Source of the DNA: an uncultured Actinomycetota bacterium
Lineage (GTDB): Bacteria > Actinomycetota > Thermoleophilia > Solirubrobacterales > Solirubrobacteraceae
Assembly: GCA_963771675.1 (NCBI GenBank)
Contig: CAVYUJ010000008.1
Span: forward strand, 311,855 to 335,854
Direction: 5' to 3'
DNA length: 24,000 nt
Shown here: positions 9,272 through 16,275 of the stretch, one piece after another
Layout of the letters: each line of letters opens with the position of its first letter
Position numbering within the stretch: the stretch's first letter is position 1
Made by a program: the position numbers and the translations under genes
Notes under the pieces: generated by a model
Databases searched by the model: none
Told to the model about the DNA's origin: nothing
What the model saw: only the letters and a program-made list of their open reading frames with translations

Positions 9272-10018
9272 TCATCGGGCCAGCTCCAGCGTGTTGAGCA
9301 TCTGGCCAAGGCGCTGGTCAAGCCCGGCTGACGACACGCCCAGCGTGCTGGCGATCCTGCCGCGGGGGATCCCGGCGATCATCATCGCGAGCACTGCCTG
9401 CTCCTCGCCGTCAAATACCTGGTGCATCCTGACCGCCACCGCGGGCGGGATCGTCGGCAATATCTGTCGGCCGGCGAGTGTGCTGCGGATCGTTTGGCAC
9501 AGCTCCGCGCCGGTGGCGGCTGTGCTGACGAGCGCGTCGGCCTCAGCGAGGACCGCCGCGGCGGCGAGCAGGCCGTTGGGATAGTCGCAGCGGAGCACGA
9601 CCCGGGGCGGTCGGGATAGGCGTTGGAGCGCCCTGCTGACCCACAGGCCATCGTGATCGCGGAGCTTGTAGTCGACGACGGCGGCGTCGATCCGCTCGCG
9701 CTCAGCAGTGGCGAGCGTCTCCTCGGCGGACGAGACCGCGGCGATGACGCGAAGGTTCGCCTGAGCGTCGAGCAGCTCTGATAATTCTCGGCGTGGCGCC
9801 AGATGATCGCCAGCGACGAGCACGCATGCCGGGCGCTCAGGCGCGGCATCAGCGAGCTCGGCAGGCGCAATAAAGACCCCGGTGTGCCGCCCGAGCGGCT
9901 GGAGCGCTGCGAGCAGACCGTGGTGCGCCGGCTTGGTGGGTGGCCCGCCGGCAAGACCGGGCACACCGGTTGTGGGTCGCGATCGGGGGATGCGTGATTG
10001 TGGGAGCGGGTAGGGCAT
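9272..10018 (-). CDS. Orphan response regulator, atypical receiver domain plus LuxR/FixJ-type HTH
   Basis: REC-like region: 'VLVAGDH...IDAAVVDYKLRDHDG...RVVLRCD...ADALVSTA'. The phospho-acceptor Asp is retained, but the first acidic pair is GD and the conserved T/S and K positions are not canonical. C-terminal LuxR-type HTH: 'EEQAVLAMMIAGIPRGRIASTLGVSSAGLDQRLGQMLNTL'. A Pro-rich N-terminal extension of about 60 aa is present if the ATG at 10018 is used. No histidine kinase is present in the window. Confidence 0.75.
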   Translation of the reverse strand: MPYPLPQSRIPRSRPTTGVPGLAGGPPTKPAHHGLLAALQPLGRHTGVFIAPAELADAAPERPACVLVAGDHLAPRRELSELLDAQANLRVIAAVSSAEETLATAERERIDAAVVDYKLRDHDGLWVSRALQRLSRPPRVVLRCDYPNGLLAAAAVLAEADALVSTAATGAELCQTIRSTLAGRQILPTIPPAVAVRMHQVFDGEEQAVLAMMIAGIPRGRIASTLGVSSAGLDQRLGQMLNTLELAR

Positions 10019-10025
10019 CGTCGGG

Positions 10026-10808
10026 TCAGGCGGGTTGGAGGGTTCCGGCGAACACTTGCCAGGCGAGGGCGGATTTGGCGAATAGGCTGAGCAGCATGTA
10101 GACGCGCTCGCCGTACAGGTAGTCGCGCCAGCGGCCGGCGCGGCGGTACTGCAGGGCCATGTTGAGGGCGAAGATGTTGAAGAAGGCGAAGATCGAGGCG
10201 TAGATCGCGTACACGAACGCGGGCGGGTCCTGGGCGCCGATCAGGTAGATCACCACGGCGATCCAGGGCACGATCCCGGCGAGGCAGCCGAACCAGTAGG
10301 CGGTCCAGTTGGTGCGTTTGGTGGTCTGGTTGTGCAGCTCCATGATCCAGCCGAACAGGATCATCGTGGCGTTGAGGGCGAAGATGAGGATCAGGCTGGC
10401 GATGTCGTAGATGCCGACGAGCATCGCGATCACGACCATCATCAGCGAGGAGGACAGGGAGTATTCGATCCAGCGGGCGGGCTGGATCCCGCGGGTGAGG
10501 TTGCGCTCATACCAGGCGTGCAGGCGCGGTGAGGCCAGCGCGGCGTGCGCGATTGCGGAGATGAGCAGGAACGCGGCGACCAGCGGGCCGATCCGCACCC
10601 GGAGCAGCTCGTCGGGGACGGCGACGAGCTTGTTCGTGGCGCTGTCCATGCGCAGGAACGCGCTGGTCACCGGCAGCGAGAACGAGCTGGCCAGCGCCAG
10701 GATCGCCAGCGCCTGGGTGAGGTGAAGGACCGAGAGTCCGGCGTTCCAGCGGCGCAGGCTGTGCAGCCGATCGGCGGCGGTGGGGGGAGAAGTGGTGAGC
10801 GTCGTCAT
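10026..10808 (-). CDS. Heliorhodopsin (HeR), 7-TM retinal protein
   Basis: Long stretches match heliorhodopsin 48C12 as I remember it. 'RWIEYSLSSSLMMVVIAMLVGIYDIASLILIFALNATMILFGW' vs 'RWVEYSLSSSVMIVLIAQICGIADIVALLAIFGVNASMILFGW'. 'WFGCLAGIVPWIAVVIYLIG' vs 'WFGCIAGIVPWIGLLIYVIA'. 'GERVYMLLSLFAKSALAWQVFAGTLQPA' vs 'GERAYIVLSLVAKSALAWQIFSGTLIPA'. The Schiff-base Lys (..FAKSALAWQ), counterion Glu (RWIEY) and both His positions are present. Confidence 0.9.
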   Translation of the reverse strand: MTTLTTSPPTAADRLHSLRRWNAGLSVLHLTQALAILALASSFSLPVTSAFLRMDSATNKLVAVPDELLRVRIGPLVAAFLLISAIAHAALASPRLHAWYERNLTRGIQPARWIEYSLSSSLMMVVIAMLVGIYDIASLILIFALNATMILFGWIMELHNQTTKRTNWTAYWFGCLAGIVPWIAVVIYLIGAQDPPAFVYAIYASIFAFFNIFALNMALQYRRAGRWRDYLYGERVYMLLSLFAKSALAWQVFAGTLQPA

Positions 10809-10830
10809 TGAAGCGGGCGGTAGACGGTCT

Positions 10831-10859
10831 GCAGGCCGCCGCGCGAAGCGGCGGCCTGC
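10831..10859 (-). terminator. 12-bp GC hairpin between the fasciclin-2 stop and the heliorhodopsin start (terminator/attenuator candidate)
   Basis: GCAGGCCGCCGC-GCGAA-GCGGCGGCCTGC (plus-strand reading). It lies in the 70-nt gap between 10879 and 10808. There is no U-tract. Confidence 0.45.
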
Positions 10860-10878
10860 CGAAGGGAGGGAGTGAGCG

Positions 10879-11382
10879 TCAGCGGGGGATCAGCACCTGG
10901 TTGATGACGTGGATCACGCCGTTGGAGGCGCCGATGTCGGCCTTGATGACGCGTGCGCCGCCGACCGTGACCGTGCCGTGGTTGACGCGAACCTTCAGCG
11001 ACTGGCCGTTGAGCGTCTTGATCGAGCGCAGCTTGACGACCTTCGCGGCGGTCAGCTTGCCCTTGGCCACGTGGTAGAGCAGGACCGCGCGCAGCTTCGC
11101 CTTGTCTTTGGCCAGCGCCTTCAGGGTCGCCTTGGGCACCTTCGCGAACGCCGCGTCGGTTGGGGCGAACACGGTGAGCGGCCCCTTGCCTTCAAGCGCG
11201 CCGGCCAGCCCCGCCTGCTTGACCAGCTTGACGAGCGTCTTGAACTGCCCGGCCGCGACGGCGGTCTGGACGATGTTGGGCTTGGCGGGCTTCGCCGACG
11301 CCATCGACACCACGGGCGCGATGGCCGAGAGTGACAACGCGCCGACGGCAGCCAGCGCTACGAACTGATGTTTGAACCTCAT
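10879..11382 (-). CDS. Fasciclin (FAS1) domain secreted protein, paralog 2
   Basis: The ATG at 11382 (MRFKHQF..) is preceded by AAGGAGA. It has a signal peptide and the same FAS1 motifs as 3696-4238 ('FKTLVKLVKQAGLAGALEGKGPLTVFAPTDAAF', 'NGVIHVINQVLIP'). The track ORF start at 11487 is an extension. Confidence 0.9.
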   Translation of the reverse strand: MRFKHQFVALAAVGALSLSAIAPVVSMASAKPAKPNIVQTAVAAGQFKTLVKLVKQAGLAGALEGKGPLTVFAPTDAAFAKVPKATLKALAKDKAKLRAVLLYHVAKGKLTAAKVVKLRSIKTLNGQSLKVRVNHGTVTVGGARVIKADIGASNGVIHVINQVLIPR

Positions 11383-11392
11383 CCCGGTCTCC

Positions 11393-11474
11393 TTAGACAG
11401 AGGTTTGACAATGATTGAACGAATGTACCCTCGTGGGCCGTCACTGTCAAGGTTCTGTCTAACGTGGGTATAAT
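11393..11474. promoter_or_regulatory. Divergent promoter region with a large inverted repeat and 11-bp-periodic ACA repeats (LitR/CarH-like operator module, copy 2)
   Basis: The inverted-repeat arms are TTAGACAGAGGTTTGACA (11393-11410) and TGTCAAGGTTCTGTCTAA (11445-11462). The minus-strand promoter is TTGACA (11445-11450), 17 nt, TACATT (11422-11427) for fasciclin-2. The plus-strand TATAAT (11469-11474) lies 6 nt before the litR GTG. The 14-mer TGTCAAGGTTCTGT is identical at 19647-19660. Confidence 0.5.
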
Positions 11475-11480
11475 GATTTC

Positions 11481-12347
11481 GTGTCATTTCCCGCAGAGGG
11501 TCTTCGGATCGGCGAGTTCGCCCGCCGGGTCGGTGTCAGCGCCGCGGTGCTGCGCGCCTGGGAGCGCCGGTACGGGCTGCTCGATCCGGTGCGATCGCCC
11601 GGTGGCTTTCGGCTCTACACCGCGCAGGACGCCGAGCGCGTCGGGCGGATGCAGCAGGGTCTCGATCAGGGCCTCTCGGCGGCCGAGGCAGCGCGCGCGG
11701 CGCGAGCGAGCGCCAGGCCCTCAGAAGGCCGCCTGCTCGAAGACGCAGCTGAACGCCTGCTGGCGGCGATCCGCGCCTACGACGAGCCCGGCGTGCACGA
11801 GGTCCTGGACGAGAGCTTCGCGGCGTTCGGCCTGGAAGCCGTGCTGCGCCAGCTCATCCTTCCCGCCCTCACGCAGGTCGGGGCCGAGTGGGAGCAGGAG
11901 ACGCTCGCGGTCAGCCAGGAGCACTTCGCCAGCAACGTGATCCGCGCCCGGCTGCTGTCCCTGGCCCGCTTATGGGGCCGCGGCGGGGGACCGGTGGCGG
12001 TCCTGGCCTGCGCCCCCGGCGAGCAGCACGACATCAGCCTGCTGGCCTTCGGACTGGTGCTGCGATCGCACGGCTGGCGCATCATCTTCCTGGGCGCCGA
12101 CACGCCGATCACCACGCTGGCGCAAGCCGCCGAGGGCACACGGCCCACGCTGACCGTCCTGGCCAGCTTTGACCCGGCGCTCCTGGAGGTGGAGTCAACC
12201 GCCATCCGCCGCCTCGCGAGAGAGCTCCCGCTCGTGCTGAGCGGTCCCGGGGCAACCGAGCAGCTGTGCAAGAGGCTTCGCGTGCCGCGGCTCGACGGCG
12301 ACCTGATCATCGCAGCCCATGAGATCGCCCGCAGCACAACGGCCTGA
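11481..12347 (+). CDS. litR: MerR-family, B12-binding-domain transcriptional regulator (LitR/CarH-type light-responsive regulator)
   Basis: The N-terminal MerR HTH is 'LRIGEFARRVGVSAAVLRAWERRYGLLDPVRSPGGFRLY'. The Wx9EH signature 'WEQETLAVSQEH' of AdoCbl-CarH-type photoreceptors is present. The B12-binding-domain His motif is 'GEQHDIS', followed by a Rossmann-like 'RIIFLGADTP'. The GTG start lies 6 nt after TATAAT, which suggests a leaderless mRNA. Confidence 0.85.
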   Translation: MSFPAEGLRIGEFARRVGVSAAVLRAWERRYGLLDPVRSPGGFRLYTAQDAERVGRMQQGLDQGLSAAEAARAARASARPSEGRLLEDAAERLLAAIRAYDEPGVHEVLDESFAAFGLEAVLRQLILPALTQVGAEWEQETLAVSQEHFASNVIRARLLSLARLWGRGGGPVAVLACAPGEQHDISLLAFGLVLRSHGWRIIFLGADTPITTLAQAAEGTRPTLTVLASFDPALLEVESTAIRRLARELPLVLSGPGATEQLCKRLRVPRLDGDLIIAAHEIARSTTA

Positions 12348-12843
12348 CGCGTCCTGGGCCAGGCGGATTATCGCGCTGGTCCTCGAGAACCCCGGGGACG
12401 CGGTTTACGGGGCGATCGCCGTGGGCGCTCTGCTCGCGGCCGAGACTCCGCGGCAGGAGACGTACGCCAAGACCGTCGCGGCAGTGATCATCACGCTCTT
12501 GCTCTACTGGCTGGCGCACTCCTACGCCGACCTGGCCGGAGAACGGCTGCGATCGGGCGCGAGGCTGACCGCCCAAGGGCTGTTGGCGAGGATGCTGCGC
12601 GAGCTGCCGATCCTCATCGGCGCGGCAATCCCGCTGGGCACGCTGCTGATCTGCTGGATCGCCGGAACCGGCCTGTCCGCCGCCGTCCTCGCGGCGGTGT
12701 GGACCTCGGCCGGGATCATCCTGGTCATCGAGCTGGCCGCCGGACTCCGCGGCCGCCTCAGGGGCCGGCAGCTGCTCTCCCAAGCCCTCGTCGGCGCGTC
12801 GCTCGGATCGCTGATCATCCTCCTCAGGGCGCTGCTCCACTGA
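12319..12843 (+). CDS. Integral membrane protein, unknown family (about 4-5 TM)
   Basis: 174-aa ORF with hydrophobic helices ('AVYGAIAVGALLAA', 'VAAVIITLLLYWLAH', 'LPILIGAAIPLGTLLICWIAG', 'AAVLAAVWTSAGIILVIELAA'). It overlaps the litR 3' end by 29 nt. Confidence 0.55.
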   Translation: MRSPAAQRPDASWARRIIALVLENPGDAVYGAIAVGALLAAETPRQETYAKTVAAVIITLLLYWLAHSYADLAGERLRSGARLTAQGLLARMLRELPILIGAAIPLGTLLICWIAGTGLSAAVLAAVWTSAGIILVIELAAGLRGRLRGRQLLSQALVGASLGSLIILLRALLH

Positions 12844-12885
12844 TACGCCAGTGCCGGAACTGCGGGCCACCGCCGACTTCGCCCG

Positions 12886-12935
12886 CCCGGCTCGACGGCG
12901 ACCTCGTCAGCACCGCACACGGCGCGGTCCCCTGA
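12886..12935 (+). repeat. Second, diverged copy of the litR 3' end (orphan gene fragment)
   Basis: The 16-mer GGCTCGACGGCGACCT is identical at 12288-12303 and 12888-12903. The in-frame translation 'RLDGDLVSTAHGAVP*' parallels the litR C-terminus 'RLDGDLIIAAHEIARSTTA*'. Weaker similarity extends about 40 nt upstream. Confidence 0.5.
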
Positions 12936-12950
12936 CCGCGCGTCTCCCGG

Positions 12951-13416
12951 TTACCAGCCGAGCGTGCCGGGTGGTCCTTTGAACGGGCCGGTCAGGTCGG
13001 AGGTGATCCAGCCTCCGTAGAAGTCGCTCTCCTGCGCGTGAACGCGCTCGTCGTCCAGCCAGGCCGCGTCGACGCGTCCGGGGTAGAAGGCGACGTGATC
13101 GCGCAGCGCCTCATACTCGGGCGCCGGGTTCGGGTAGCACCAGCCCACCGCGATGCATCGCCGTCCGTCGACGATCGCGTCGAGATACCGTGCGGCGCCC
13201 TTGAACTCGCACCTGGTCGGGCGTGTCCGGCTCTCGGTCAGGAACGTCGCGGCGAACGTCTGCCGGTGGGATGTAGATCGTCGGTGGATGGCTGGTCTCG
13301 AGCACCCGCAGAGCATGGGTGGACTCGGCGAGCACTTCCCCGGCCAGCTCGACTCGGACCCGACGCCGGCAGGGCACGACCGCGGGTGGCCGCGGGTACT
13401 CCCAGACGCGCTCCAT
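12951..13416 (-). pseudogene. DUF427 domain protein, frameshifted
   Basis: The N-terminal part 'MERVWEYPRPPAVVP..RVRVELAGEVLAEST..LRVLETSHPPTIYIPPADV' is in ORF 13111..13647. The C-terminal part 'TRCEFKGAARYLD...VAFYPGRVDAAWLDDERV..QESDFYGGWIT' is in ORF 12951..13316. The frames switch at about 13255-13270. Confidence 0.8.
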
Positions 13417-13427
13417 CCTCCGCTCGC

Positions 13428-14376
13428 CTAGCCCGCGCCCGCCGGCGTGGCAGCGAGGCGGCGGAGCTCGGCGTCCTCGGCGACCGCGCGGCGGAGCGCT
13501 TCGTCGAAGCTGACCGGTTGGATCTCGAACAGCTCCATCCCGGAGCGGTCGGTGACAACGGTCGGGACCGCCAGTCCCTCGATCAGCGGCCGTGCCACAC
13601 CGGCGTCGACCGGGGTGACGAGCCCGATCCACAGCGATGACAGCCACGGGGTGATCAGCGGCACGGGGATCCGCGGGCGGTGCGCGATGCCGAGCACCGC
13701 GGCCATCCGGTCGAGCATCTCGCCGTAGGACAGGACGTCCGGGCCGCCGATCTGAATCTCCCTGCCGGCCGACTCCTCAATGTCCAGCGCCTGCGCCAGG
13801 TAGCTCAGGGTGTCCTCGATCGCGATCGGCTGGGTGGGGTTCTGCAGCCAGGCGGGTGCGATCATCGCGGGCAGTCGCTGGACCAGGTAGCGCAGCGTGC
13901 GGTAGGACTCGCTCTCCGGGCCGACGACCATCCCCGCCCGGAAGTACGTCAGTGGCGGCCCGTGCTCGCGCAGCAGTCAGCGCCGTCTCGTGGCGGCTGC
14001 GCAGGTGCCGGAGTGCGGGCGCTCACCGAGACCGCCCAGGTAGAGCACGCGCCCGATTCCCTCCTCGTACGCCATGCGAGCGAAGGCGGTCGCGCCGGCG
14101 CGCTCGCGGGCCTCGAACTCCGCGCGTCCGCCGCGGCCCATCGAGTGGATCAGGTAATAGGCCGCGTCGATCCCGCGGCCGGCGCCACGGAGCGTCTCCG
14201 GGCGCAGGACATCCCCCTCGCGCAGGTCGAGTCCGTCGTCTTCGAGCGCGCGCCGCCCGGCTCCCGTGGCGGTCGCGGACGAGGCATCGCACCTCGTGCC
14301 CGGACGCGGCGAGGGTTCGCGCGAGACGGCCGCCGATGAACCCGGTCGCGCCGGTGACCAGCACGCGCTGACTCAT
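13428..14376 (-). pseudogene. NAD(P)-binding NmrA/atypical-SDR-like protein, multiple frameshifts
   Basis: The N-terminus 'MSQRVLVTGATGFIGGRLARTLAASGHEVRCLVRD' is in ORF 14023..14376 and then becomes garbled. The middle part ('IDAAYYLIHSMGRGG..', 'VLYLGGLGE') is in other frames, with an in-frame TGA near 13978. The C-terminus 'YFRAGMVVGPESESYRTLRYLVQRLP...' is in ORF 13428..13931. There are at least 3 shifts. The start overlaps the SRPBCC stop as ATGA (14373-14376). Confidence 0.8.
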
Positions 14377-15287
14377 GCCGCGGCCGCTTCCGCGGGGGGT
14401 TCGGGCCTGAGCGCGGTCGCCAGGCGCTCGGCCTTCTCCTGCTCAAAGCCGCCGAGCTCGCAGGCCAGGATCCGGCCGGAGCGCTCAACGACCAGGACGG
14501 CGATCGTGCCGGTGCCGGCGAGCCCCAGGTTCTCGACGACCTTCGGGACGTCGGTGTAAACGGTGACGGTGCGGGCGCGCGCGGCGGGATCCGGGATGCC
14601 GCGGGTCATGCCGCCGTCGATGAACCACCGGACGGGGCTGTAGGTCGACGAGAGCACGGGCAGCTCGTACACCGCGACGTCCGTGCGGCGCTGCTCGAGC
14701 CGGGTCAGCCACGGCAGCCACCGATCGACGAGCCCCTGCTGCTCGCGGCGGAAGGCAACCACAAGGAGGTTGTAGGGCTTGGCTAGATCGCCCGGCAGCT
14801 CATAGCTGCGGCCGTCGAGCGAGCGACCGCTCAAAGCGCTCAGCGCCTCCGGCTGCACTGGCGCCAGCTTGTGCTTGAGACCTGCGAGGGCGCGGTCGCC
14901 GACGCGATGGAACACGAGCCCCAGGAGCGGGTCGGCGAGCCGCAACGGTCCCTTGAGCAGGAGCTCGGCGTCGTAGGTGATCCGGGTGCCCTCGCCGAGT
15001 GCTTCGAAGGTGATCCTGTCGTTTGAGATCACGCTGGCGTTCTCGCCGCGGAAGGTCACCGCGCGTGGCGGGTCGTACTCGACGATCCGGTAGGTGATCG
15101 GCGTCTTGCGGCCGAGGAACTCGGCGACCAACCGGAACTCGGTCCCCTCCCCGACGGCGGCTTCGCTGCACCGTTCGGCCTCGACCACCCCCGGGTCCCA
15201 TTCCTGGGTGCTCGAGAAATCGCTGATGTAGGCGAACACGTCCTCGCGTTCGCGCGGTGTGTCAATCGTTGCTCGGTAGCGAGCCAT
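14373..15287 (-). CDS. SRPBCC (polyketide cyclase/START-like) domain protein fused to a C-terminal domain of about 150 aa with unknown fold; intact
   Basis: The ATG at 15287 (MARYRATIDTPREREDVFAYISDFSSTQEWDPGV..) is preceded by AAGGAGA. The 304 aa contain no interruption. The C-terminal half ('LPGDLAKPYNLLVVAFRREQQ..WLPWL..') looks redoxin-like but has no CxxC. The track ORF start at 15458 is an extension. Confidence 0.75.
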   Translation of the reverse strand: MARYRATIDTPREREDVFAYISDFSSTQEWDPGVVEAERCSEAAVGEGTEFRLVAEFLGRKTPITYRIVEYDPPRAVTFRGENASVISNDRITFEALGEGTRITYDAELLLKGPLRLADPLLGLVFHRVGDRALAGLKHKLAPVQPEALSALSGRSLDGRSYELPGDLAKPYNLLVVAFRREQQGLVDRWLPWLTRLEQRRTDVAVYELPVLSSTYSPVRWFIDGGMTRGIPDPAARARTVTVYTDVPKVVENLGLAGTGTIAVLVVERSGRILACELGGFEQEKAERLATALRPEPPAEAAAA

Positions 15288-16275
15288 CGTGTTTCTCCTT
15301 CTCTGAGGTGGTGGTGTGCTGCGCCCAGCCGCTGAGCTGGGCGCACCGCGCCCAGAGCTGCTCGCGCTCCTGCTGGGTCTCTCGTGTCCACGGGAGCAGG
15401 TGCGTGGGCCGCGGCCGGCGGTCGTGCCAGAACCGGCCCGTGCTGCGGCCGGGCTCATCCGCGGCGCCGAGCCAGACGATCGTGTCGGCGCCCTGCTCGG
15501 GCGTCCTCAGCAGCGGTCGCGTCGGCCTGTAGAACCGCGGCAGGGAGGTCTGCACGCCCGGGGTGTCGACCCATCCGGGGTGCATCGAGTGCACGACGAC
15601 GCCGCGAGCTCGCGCAGCCGCTGCGCCCACAGTTCGGTGAGGATCACCTGCGCGCGCTTGGTCCGCGCGTACGCCGCCGGCCCGTCGAACTCTCCGCGCT
15701 CGCTCTGCAGGTCATCGGCCCTGATCCGCTGCGTGTACATGCCGCCGGAGGAGACGTTGACGATCCGCGCCGGAGCGCTGCGCTCCAGCAGCGGCAGCAG
15801 CAGAGCCGTGAGCAGGAACGGGCCGAGCACGTTGGTCGCGAACGTCACCTCGATCCCGTCCGGCGACAGCGCGCGGGTCGGGGGCAGGACGCCGGCGTTG
15901 TTGACCAGCACGTCGAGGCGGTCTGCCTGCGCTGTGAAGCGCTCGGCGAACTGCCTGACCGACTGAAGATCGCTCAGATCACACAGCCCGACATGCACGT
16001 CGCGGTTGCCGGACCGCTCCGCGATCCCCGCGCGCGCCCGCTGGCCGCGTTCCGCGCTGCGGACGACCAGCCACACGGTCGCGCCGAGGCGCGCGAACCC
16101 CTCCGCGGCCGCGAGCCCGAGCCCCGAGCTGGCGCCCGTCGACCATCACCACCCCGCCGTCCAGCGACGGGAGCTCCGAGGCGCTCCAGCCGCGACGGCG
16201 GATCCGGTAGCCCACGTTCGTGTAGCCACCGATCACGCTGCGGTCAAGCACGCTGTCGAGCACGGAACCCGTCAT
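15262..16275 (-). pseudogene. Short-chain dehydrogenase/reductase (SDR), two frameshifts
   Basis: There are three frame pieces. The first is 'MTGSVLDSV...GGVVMV' followed by an extra base in GTCGACGGG (about 16139-16142). This restores 'TGASSGLGLAAAEGFARLGATVWLVVRSAERG...NNAG...SSGGMY...YARTKRAQV' (ORF 15507..16076). A second shift near 15600-15615 leads to 'VVVHSMHPGWVDTPG...' (ORF 15262..15630). Confidence 0.8.
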
